From positions 38,167 through 102,166 of the forward strand of contig JAIPIB010000002.1 of NCBI GenBank assembly GCA_021734905.1: a DNA stretch of 64,000 bases. The letters are read 5' to 3'. How positions within the stretch are numbered: position 1 is the stretch's first letter; each line of letters opens with the position of its first letter. Below the pieces are notes generated by a model that was not told where the DNA came from, searched no databases, and saw nothing but the letters and a program-made list of their open reading frames with translations. Source of the stretch: Minisyncoccota bacterium (GTDB lineage: Bacteria; Patescibacteriota; Minisyncoccia; Phycocordibacterales; UBA918). The position numbers and the translations under genes were made by a program. Shown here piece by piece: positions 57,420 to 64,000 of the stretch.

Positions 57420-57767
57420 CTATTTAAGTGCCTCGATCCTTACTTGGGAATATCTCTGTCGATGACCAATTCTTCGATCACGATTGCTCTTTGCTTTGTA
57501 TCTTACAATGTGGAGTTTTGTTCCCTTCTTCTCTCCTAGAAATGTTGCTTTTACCTTAGCTCCAACAATGTATGGCTCACCAATTGTAGTATCTTGTCCG
57601 TTATCTACCATCAAGACTTTATCAAATTCAAAAACATCTCCTTCGTTGAGTTGCGCATCAAGAAGTTCAACCTCAATAACTTCTCCCACAGAAACCATAT
57701 ACTGCTTACCACCTGTCTCAATGACAGCAAATTCTAACACTTCTGTTGTCGCTTTCTCATTTTTCAT
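57420..57767 (-). CDS. rplU: 50S ribosomal protein L21
   Basis: AVIETGGKQYMVSVGEVIEVE...KKGTKLHIVRYKAKSNRDRRIGHRQ pattern. The start is set at ATG 57767. The track ORF extends to 57812. Confidence 0.85.
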   Translation of the reverse strand: MKNEKATTEVLEFAVIETGGKQYMVSVGEVIEVELLDAQLNEGDVFEFDKVLMVDNGQDTTIGEPYIVGAKVKATFLGEKKGTKLHIVRYKAKSNRDRRIGHRQRYSQVRIEALK

Positions 57768-57897
57768 AACGTCGGTGATTGTACAAGAAAACAACAAAAT
57801 ATGCAACTTCAAAGCGCTCTATGTCAGTTCTTGTATGTTTTTTTGACTATGTGTAGGAATATGCTCTATACGGATCAATAAGGATCACAAAATAAGC

Positions 57898-58986
57898 TTA
57901 TTCGCTCGTTTCCTGAGGTTTTTCTAGTGTCACTGGCTCAATATCCATAGTATCACCGGTTATCTTTACAACATCCTTATCAACCTTTCCAAGTTCCTTC
58001 TGTGCAGCATTGTAGTGATTAACTGTCGTACTGAGTGAATTCCCCACCTTCTTGAAATAATCATCATACGCCTTAAGGTGACGAGAAAGACTTTCCACAT
58101 GCTTCCCTATCTGCTTGGCAGATTCTTCTATTTTGAAAGCACGAAAGCCATACAAAACGGACTGCAGGTACGCAGCAAACGTTGTTGGGGACACGATAAT
58201 GACATTCTTATCTTTGTAAGCATAATCAATAAGAGACCGCGTGTTTACCTTAACTGAACCAACCTCATTTACGAGCAAATCATAATAAATTGCTTCCGCC
58301 GGAATATACATAAATGCAAACGGTAACGTACCGTCCTTAGGACGAATATATTTTGCGGTCTCATCAATTCGTTTCTTAAGATCTTTCTTAAATTCATCTT
58401 CGAGCACCTCTCTTTTTGCTTCATCAGTCTCGTCAACTAGTCTACGATAGTTGTCGAGAGAAAACTTTGCATCAACAGGTATCATTCCATCTTTTGTAAT
58501 AATGACCGCATCAACAGTTTCACCTCCTGGAAATTGATATTGAGGTTTGTATGCTGTTGCTGGAAGCATATTTTCAAGAGCAAGTTGCAATGATGCTTCA
58601 CCGAGATTCCCCCGCTGCTTTTGGTGTTTCAAAACCTTTTCAAGATTTTGTAATTGCTCTGCAACTGAAAAAACCTGTTTTGAAGATTCAGACACTTCAC
58701 TCACCCCCTTGACTACATTACGAAGTTGTTCGTTCACCTCTTTATTAATTTCCTGAATTAACTCACGACTTTCACGAGACTGTGAACGTGCACCTTCCTG
58801 CATCGCGCGATTACTCTCAGTCATTCGTTCATCAACCGTTTTTGTGAGATCTTGTAATTGCTGCTGGAGCATGAGAAGCCCATCTGAAGATTCCTTAATA
58901 TCCTCTTTTCTAACTAAGAAGACATACACTAAAATTGTTACAATTGCGAGTAGCGCTACAAAGATGCCTATTTCTACGGTATTCAT
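57898..58986 (-). CDS. rmuC: DNA recombination protein RmuC
   Basis: N-terminal TM, long coiled coil, and C-terminal RmuC nuclease-like block (GETVDAVIITKDGMIPVDAKFSLDNY...FMYIPAEAIYY). Confidence 0.8.
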   Translation of the reverse strand: MNTVEIGIFVALLAIVTILVYVFLVRKEDIKESSDGLLMLQQQLQDLTKTVDERMTESNRAMQEGARSQSRESRELIQEINKEVNEQLRNVVKGVSEVSESSKQVFSVAEQLQNLEKVLKHQKQRGNLGEASLQLALENMLPATAYKPQYQFPGGETVDAVIITKDGMIPVDAKFSLDNYRRLVDETDEAKREVLEDEFKKDLKKRIDETAKYIRPKDGTLPFAFMYIPAEAIYYDLLVNEVGSVKVNTRSLIDYAYKDKNVIIVSPTTFAAYLQSVLYGFRAFKIEESAKQIGKHVESLSRHLKAYDDYFKKVGNSLSTTVNHYNAAQKELGKVDKDVVKITGDTMDIEPVTLEKPQETSE

Positions 58987-59035
58987 TGAAGTATTCTAGC
59001 ATGGGTTATGTGATAGTATAGGGATATAATTTTTA

Positions 59036-59500
59036 ATGACTATGGAATTACATACACAAATTAAAGAGGAGCTAAAAACGGCAATGAAAGCACATGATGC
59101 AGTCAAACTTCGTACAGTACGTGGAATGCTTACCGCTTTTACTAATGAACTCGTCGCTACAGGAAGCACTCCCCAGGGAATGCTTCCTGATGAAAATGTG
59201 CTTGGAGTTATCAAACGACTTGCGAAGCAGCGAAAGGAATCCATTGTGCAATACGAAGCAGCGGGACGTACTGATCTCTCTGAACCAGAGAAAGAGGAAT
59301 TGGTAGTTCTCAATTCGTACCTTCCACAAATGATGTCTCGTGATGAAATTCGTCCGGTAGTAGCAAAAAAGATTTCTGAACTCGGGGATGTCGACAAAAC
59401 TAAAATTGGAATACTTATCGGCTCACTTATGAAAGAATTTAATGGGAAAGCAGAAGGTGGTGACATTAAAGCTGTAGTTGAAGAGCTGTTGGCGAAATAA
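59036..59500 (+). CDS. GatB/YqeY domain protein
   Basis: MTMELHTQIKEELKTAMKAHDAVKLRTVRGMLTAFTNELV matches the YqeY family. Confidence 0.8.
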   Translation: MTMELHTQIKEELKTAMKAHDAVKLRTVRGMLTAFTNELVATGSTPQGMLPDENVLGVIKRLAKQRKESIVQYEAAGRTDLSEPEKEELVVLNSYLPQMMSRDEIRPVVAKKISELGDVDKTKIGILIGSLMKEFNGKAEGGDIKAVVEELLAK

Positions 59501-59566
59501 ACTTTTTAGCTTGTAATTTTTCCTAGGCAAACATATAGTGTGTGTTGTTCTTCTTGGAGAAACGCA

Positions 59567-59755
59567 ATGAACAAAAAATTTGTTTCAGTAACTCGAATAA
59601 GAGATGGTCGAGGAGACGCTGATCTCAGTACACACCTTCGCTCACTCCGTAAGTCAGGAGTTTCCTTTCCACCCATCAATCCAGAAATCGACAAGGATAG
59701 ATCCAAGAGGACGAAACGATCGTGTATGCTAAAGATACCCAAATTAGCTATATAA
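59567..59755 (+). CDS. small basic hypothetical protein (62 aa)
   Basis: The in-frame ATG with SD ggag (MNKKFVSVTRIRDGRGDADLSTHLRSLRKS...) is followed by a 13-bp perfect hairpin (59764-59792). Confidence 0.35.
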   Translation: MNKKFVSVTRIRDGRGDADLSTHLRSLRKSGVSFPPINPEIDKDRSKRTKRSCMLKIPKLAI

Positions 59756-59805
59756 CACGAACAATGCCCGAAGCGCTAAGCGCTTCGGGCATTTCTAGTA
59801 TACTA

Positions 59806-59834
59806 TTGACATTGCTACTGATTCATTAGATAAT
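59806..59834 (+). promoter_or_regulatory. sigma70-like promoter
   Basis: TTGACA (59806-59811), 17-nt spacer, GATAAT (59829-59834). Upstream of the 59881 gene. Confidence 0.45.
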
Positions 59835-59880
59835 ATCTATAGAGAAGTTCCCCTATCCAATAATTCATAAGGAGTCAAAG

Positions 59881-60186
59881 ATGGGTTCTACAATAGTCTG
59901 TCATGCCTTAGGTGAAAATATGGTGATGGTAAATTTAAGCATATTTGTTGTAACCTTTGAAAAAAAAGCGGACGGATCTGCAAAGTTTGTCACCAAAGTA
60001 AAAACAGTCGGGGACGGTCGGGTTTCGATTCCTGAAGGAATGTACATACAGATGAAGGAGGCTGCCAACTCATTTTTCAGGGGAGAAACAAAACCCAAAG
60101 AAATTCCAGATGAAACTGAACTTAACCACATGCGAACTCGGTGTGCAAAAGTTCGAGCGAGTCTCGGAAAATGTACAAAAGTGTGA
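59881..60186 (+). CDS. hypothetical protein with possible AbrB/MazE-like swapped-hairpin motif
   Basis: SD aaggag. VKTVGDGRVSIPEGMY resembles the AbrB/SpoVT/MazE signature (d..GRv.IPke). Terminator 60189-60222 (ggccagaaacgc ttt gcgtttctggcc + T-run). Confidence 0.4.
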   Translation: MGSTIVCHALGENMVMVNLSIFVVTFEKKADGSAKFVTKVKTVGDGRVSIPEGMYIQMKEAANSFFRGETKPKEIPDETELNHMRTRCAKVRASLGKCTKV

Positions 60187-60238
60187 TGGGCCAGAAACGC
60201 TTTGCGTTTCTGGCCATTTTTATATCAAACTCATGCCA

Positions 60239-60266
60239 TTGACAAACACAATATTTAACATATAAT
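60239..60266 (+). promoter_or_regulatory. consensus sigma70 promoter
   Basis: TTGACA (60239-60244), 16-nt spacer, TATAAT (60261-60266). SD aaaggag and ATG at 60296 follow. Confidence 0.5.
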
Positions 60267-60295
60267 CTTCCAGTGCAATTTCAAAGGAGCTCGTA

Positions 60296-60625
60296 ATGCA
60301 ACAGGTTCTAGAACGAACGAAACGTAAGGTTGTTCTTTCGCGAGATCAAGAAGGATTCATCTCTGCAACACTAATTTGTCCACTTATGACATTTTCCAGC
60401 ATGCGTCATTTTGCACACCGAATGCATAATTTTCTTGCTTCCTCAGAAGCCGTGGCGCTTGCATGTACAGCTGCACATGTACCTGACGGAAGAAGTTTTA
60501 CCGTCATCTTAAATCCACAAAAGAAACCGGACGAAATGCAAAAACGATTGGAAAATTTTAAATCAGCCCTCATAATGATTGTGGGTAGCGATGAAATTGT
60601 TGCTGATTTCAAAAGTTTGAATTAA
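60296..60625 (+). CDS. hypothetical protein (109 aa)
   Basis: Own promoter and SD. Followed by terminator 60648-60675 (gacatcgc ttat gcggtgtc + T7). Confidence 0.4.
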   Translation: MQQVLERTKRKVVLSRDQEGFISATLICPLMTFSSMRHFAHRMHNFLASSEAVALACTAAHVPDGRSFTVILNPQKKPDEMQKRLENFKSALIMIVGSDEIVADFKSLN

Positions 60626-60763
60626 CCCATACCCTACCAACCTACAGGACATCGCTTATGCGGTGTCTTTTTTTGTCTACAAAGTATAACCAAGATATCT
60701 ACCCTTGACAAGGTGAATAATTAAATGTACTGTATTTGTTGATTTGTTCACAAGGAGAATCAC

Positions 60764-61087
60764 ATGCGCCAACTACGTGTTGCACTGACACAAATTGACC
60801 ACCGTCCCGTTGCTGAGGTGCGAATTCCACCACCCGATGGGCTGCGTGTGCTTGAAGTAATCCAACGTATAGAAAACGAACTCGGTGGAGGAATTTATCG
60901 AGACCTCGACATTGCCGTAATCGACGAAGGAACGTGGGCAATCACATTGCGTGTTTACCCTCACGCTGAAATCGATACACTCAACAGAATGTTGCTCTTG
61001 CAATGGGCGACAAAACGTCTTGTTGAATTTTCGCCGGCGATCGATATAACGAACCTCCGTGAGATACAAAAAAGGGTCCTGCACTAA
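60764..61087 (+). CDS. hypothetical protein (107 aa), GC-richer
   Basis: TTGACA at 60705-60710 upstream, SD aaggag. Followed by tandem hairpin terminators at 61102-61168. Confidence 0.4.
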   Translation: MRQLRVALTQIDHRPVAEVRIPPPDGLRVLEVIQRIENELGGGIYRDLDIAVIDEGTWAITLRVYPHAEIDTLNRMLLLQWATKRLVEFSPAIDITNLREIQKRVLH

Positions 61088-61101
61088 TTTGTGCATGGTT
61101 T

Positions 61102-61131
61102 CCAAAAAAGGCGTTGTTTGCAACGCCTTTT
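61102..61131. terminator. bidirectional terminator between the 60764 gene and truB
   Basis: aaaaaa ggcgttg tttg caacgcc tttt. Confidence 0.5.
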
Positions 61132-61172
61132 GTTTTGTCCGACGAAGGCTTTGCCTTCGTCGGTTTTATGTT

Positions 61173-61838
61173 TCATTTAGCCAATTCCCTCGCCTCTTTA
61201 ACGTCAAACTCGCCAATTTTTGTTCGCCTTAAATTCTGAAGTGTTGCAGGATACCCAAGCCTCCTCCCAATCTCTTCTGCAAGCGAACGAATGTACGTAC
61301 CACTCCCGACATGAAAACGCACAGTTACCACACATCGATTTTTGCCACACTTAATTCCCATTAGTTCTGCCTCATACACTTTCATTTCGCGCATTGGTAT
61401 ATCTACAACAACATTGCCTGTTTTCTCAGCCTTTCGCGCTCGTTTGTACATTGGTACCCCATCTTTCTTAATGGCTGAGTATGCAGAAACTGGAAGTACT
61501 ATAGTACCAATCATTTCACCTAAAAATTTTTTTACTTCCTTTTCATCAAGGTAGCTGACATCTTTTTCTTCGAGAATTACTCCCTCCAAATCTCCTGTCG
61601 AACGTTTCTCGCCAATGCGAATTTCTGCAACGTATTCTTTATCTAGTTTAAGAAAACTTTCAAGTTTTTTAGTCCCCTTTTCAATTCCAACAATCATGAG
61701 CCCTGTAGCAAGTGGGTCAAGCGTTCCAGCATGACCCATTTTGCGAATACCTAACTCTTTCCGCAATCGACGAATGACATCAAAGGAAGTTATTCCCTTT
61801 GGCTTATCGATTAGGATAATATCCTGTAAATCTTCCAT
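61173..61838 (-). CDS. truB: tRNA pseudouridine(55) synthase
   Basis: LIDKPKGITSFDVIRRLRKELGIRKMGHAGTLDPLATGLMIVGIEKGTK catalytic Asp motif. Short form lacking PUA domain. Confidence 0.85.
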   Translation of the reverse strand: MEDLQDIILIDKPKGITSFDVIRRLRKELGIRKMGHAGTLDPLATGLMIVGIEKGTKKLESFLKLDKEYVAEIRIGEKRSTGDLEGVILEEKDVSYLDEKEVKKFLGEMIGTIVLPVSAYSAIKKDGVPMYKRARKAEKTGNVVVDIPMREMKVYEAELMGIKCGKNRCVVTVRFHVGSGTYIRSLAEEIGRRLGYPATLQNLRRTKIGEFDVKEARELAK

Positions 61839-61867
61839 TCCTCGTATAGTATCTAATAAGGCTGATC

Positions 61868-63112
61868 TTACAAGACGAGAAGCGATGGATTTAAAGCGAG
61901 AATAAATCCAAGTGCGAGCATCAAGAGACCACCTATGAGTAAGGACAGTTGCGAGTATTTGTGTCCATTTGACTCTAAGCTAGAAAATCCCCAGATAGCT
62001 AGACCGAACACAACAACATCATCAACCATATATCCAAGCGTGTATACCAAAATATAGAATTGTTGCATTACAAAATCCAAATTGTTAATTTCAAGAATCT
62101 TCGTATATGCCTGCGGAATGCCGATAGAACACGCGAACTCAATAACATTGACCGAGAAAGCGAGAGCAATAATTGCAAGCAGGGTAAAAATAGTCGTTGG
62201 TCGTGTAACAAGGTCTTTAATACGCTCAGTTGTCGCGTGTTGAGAATCCATATCACTCACATCACACACAAGAGGTTTGTTTCTATTCTTTCTATATCGA
62301 TATAAAAAGAATGTACCGCCACCAATGGCAAGGAGTCCAATAAGTGGTGTCACAATTGCATCAAGCCCTACAAAGTCCCATGTCTTAAACCAAATATTCA
62401 AAATTAGGTTATACATTATCGCTTCTGCAACAATGAATATTCCCGCAGTCAAAATCATTTTTCGTCTATCCCCTATCTGGGAAAGAAGAACTAAAAATGT
62501 AATAAGCACCCACATCGCGCACGGATTAAAACCATCGATAGTGCCGAGAACTGCTGAGAGTGAAAAAAGCGAAAAAGTCTTGAGGTCTACAATACCCAAA
62601 AAGGGTAGCTTGAAAACAAATTCGTTAGGATTTTTAATTGAATTACACTCTTTTCCCTCCTTATCACATCCTTCTCCGTCCAAAACATCTGATTGTTTTA
62701 CTGCTCTCTCTATATGGTCTTCAATTGTTCTAAAATCACTGTCATGCGCTCTTAGAACAGCATCCTTAATCATTACTCCTGTTGTCTCTGGAGCATTAAA
62801 GCCCTGAATGACTTCCCCTCCGACCACAGTGAGTGGCGTTACCTGTGAGAGTTCATGTTTTTCAATTAGTCTGTTGAAGTAATCAGCAGCTTCTTTATCA
62901 TCAATAATATTATGGTACTCATAAATGACATTCTCAGTCTCTGAAACATACATATCCAAAAAAGCCTTTTCGGCAACACAATGTGCGCAATCATCACGTC
63001 CAAAAAGAAAAACCGAAATGATTTCATTATGTGCCTGAACTTTCGTTTGAAATGCTGTGAATAAAACTACAAAAACTGCCAATGTAATACCAAAATTTTT
63101 CATGTTTATCAT
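61868..63112 (-). CDS. thiol:disulfide oxidoreductase-like membrane protein (thioredoxin-like CxxC domain fused to CcdA/DsbD-like TM domain)
   Basis: Signal peptide, then periplasmic CAHC (FLFGRDDCAHCVAEKAFL), then 6-8 TM helices with intramembrane cysteines (GFNPCAMW, EFACSIG). The start is set at ATG 63112 (MINMKNF). The track ORF extends to 63202. Confidence 0.5.
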   Translation of the reverse strand: MINMKNFGITLAVFVVLFTAFQTKVQAHNEIISVFLFGRDDCAHCVAEKAFLDMYVSETENVIYEYHNIIDDKEAADYFNRLIEKHELSQVTPLTVVGGEVIQGFNAPETTGVMIKDAVLRAHDSDFRTIEDHIERAVKQSDVLDGEGCDKEGKECNSIKNPNEFVFKLPFLGIVDLKTFSLFSLSAVLGTIDGFNPCAMWVLITFLVLLSQIGDRRKMILTAGIFIVAEAIMYNLILNIWFKTWDFVGLDAIVTPLIGLLAIGGGTFFLYRYRKNRNKPLVCDVSDMDSQHATTERIKDLVTRPTTIFTLLAIIALAFSVNVIEFACSIGIPQAYTKILEINNLDFVMQQFYILVYTLGYMVDDVVVFGLAIWGFSSLESNGHKYSQLSLLIGGLLMLALGFILALNPSLLVL

Positions 63113-63140
63113 AATAGCATCAACCTCTAAATACCCTAAA

Positions 63141-63557
63141 CTATATCTCCACAGCGATCGCATCAAGTGATACTGCGCGTAACTGTGCCCTGCGCACGAC
63201 ATAATCTGGTAAGGCCAGCTCTACATGTTCCCAGAATCGCGCCGAGTGATTAAGCTCAGCAAGGTGACAAAGCTCATGAACAATAATGTAGTCAATGAGT
63301 AACTCAGGAAGAAAAATAATCCTATAATTAAAATTAAGATTTCTTTTTGAAGAGCAACTTCCCCACCGAGATTTTTGATTTCGAATAGCTACACGCTTAT
63401 AGAGATGTTTATAAAATTCGTTCCAATATGCCAAGCGCACCTCCACAACAGCTCGAGCTTTTTCTTTGTGCGCTTCATAGTGCGCTTGTGAGGATTTTGA
63501 TACAGAACGTCTTTTACGCCGATATATTTTTCTTTTAAAAATCCACTGAATACCCAT
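63141..63557 (-). CDS. YgjP-like (DUF45/WLM-type) zinc metallohydrolase
   Basis: HELCHLAELNHSARFW motif typical of DUF45. Confidence 0.7.
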   Translation of the reverse strand: MGIQWIFKRKIYRRKRRSVSKSSQAHYEAHKEKARAVVEVRLAYWNEFYKHLYKRVAIRNQKSRWGSCSSKRNLNFNYRIIFLPELLIDYIIVHELCHLAELNHSARFWEHVELALPDYVVRRAQLRAVSLDAIAVEI

Positions 63558-63578
63558 GACTGATTCGATTATGTTGAA

Positions 63579-63986
63579 CTATTTTTGTGCTGAATAGATA
63601 ATCCTACCTAACCGTATTATGTCGTAATCATATTCCTCACCTAACTCTTCGTAAATTGGCTTCAATTTTTCAATGCCACATTTCTTAATTGCGTCTGAAA
63701 TGCGAGGAAAAACCTGTTCCCATGAAATATATGGAGGAATAAGACTATGCAGATGTTCACCTTGAATTTCTCCTTGGTCAGCAAGTTTTTCGATATGACT
63801 CCATATTGTTGAAAGTGCCATCTGACGTTCTTTTGCAATATCAGACGCGTTTAATTTTTTAAGCAAGAGGACTTTTGTCTGCTCATAAGTATTATCCTGT
63901 TTTCCTTTCGCGGCATAAGGAGCTCTTTTCATTGTACTTCCTCCATCAATCTTCCCTCCACAAAGTGAAACGAAGTTTCTTTGCAT
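63579..63986 (-). CDS. hypothetical HTH-domain protein
   Basis: Helix-turn-helix-like LNASDIAKERQMALSTIWSHIEKL. Start possibly at internal ATG 63932. Confidence 0.4.
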   Translation of the reverse strand: MQRNFVSLCGGKIDGGSTMKRAPYAAKGKQDNTYEQTKVLLLKKLNASDIAKERQMALSTIWSHIEKLADQGEIQGEHLHSLIPPYISWEQVFPRISDAIKKCGIEKLKPIYEELGEEYDYDIIRLGRIIYSAQK

Positions 63987-64000
63987 AGCAAGAGCCTCTT

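Overview
This 64-kb window looks like it comes from a low-GC (roughly 38-40% by eye), small-genome bacterium with compact gene spacing and many short hypothetical genes. The gene content is compatible with a Patescibacteria/CPR-like organism, but that is inference only. Every call below rests on motif recognition from reading the sequence and the ORF track; no searches were run. Hand-derived coordinates may be off by 1-2 nt.

Conserved core content:
- Ribosomal and transcription block at 569-4516 (infA, an unlisted rpmJ, rpsM, rpsK, rpsD, rpoA, rplQ, rplM, rpsI).
- grpE-dnaK-dnaJ behind a perfect sigma70 promoter.
- Aminoacyl-tRNA synthetases: trpS, gltX, cysS, and an archaeal-type AspRS/AsnRS preceded by what looks like a T-box leader.
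- Cell envelope genes: scpA, scpB, a D-Ala-D-Ala carboxypeptidase, mraY, ftsW, murG, murI and an M23 peptidase.
- Central metabolism and DNA functions: pgi, a ROK kinase, ung, a DEDDh exonuclease, dnaB, recR, rmuC, truB.
- Scattered ribosomal genes rpmA, rplI and rplU.

Accessory content:
1. A CvpA-like, CofE-like (F420-0:gamma-glutamyl ligase family), 5-formyl-THF cyclo-ligase and stand-alone cyanophycin-synthetase-type ATP-grasp cluster at 9.2-11.9 kb.
2. A decaying island at 12-14.3 kb: a RhuM/Fic-Doc pseudogene, an HExxH protein, an AstE/AspA-like hydrolase and a DMT gene fragment.
3. A split MprF-like module at 14.3-17.3 kb: a stand-alone DUF2156/MprF-C-terminal aminoacyl-tRNA-dependent transferase flanked by two paralogous DMT/EamA permeases. 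It is followed by a small secreted peptide, a SET-domain protein and an orphan 7TM histidine kinase.
4. A 1819-aa secreted surface fibre at 26.9-32.4 kb with about 20 GNVGIGT repeats and a C-terminal Peptidase-S74 intramolecular-chaperone autocleavage domain.
5. An island of four tiny genes at 59.5-61.1 kb, each with its own near-consensus sigma70 promoter, SD and terminator.

I found no rRNA, tRNA or CRISPR.
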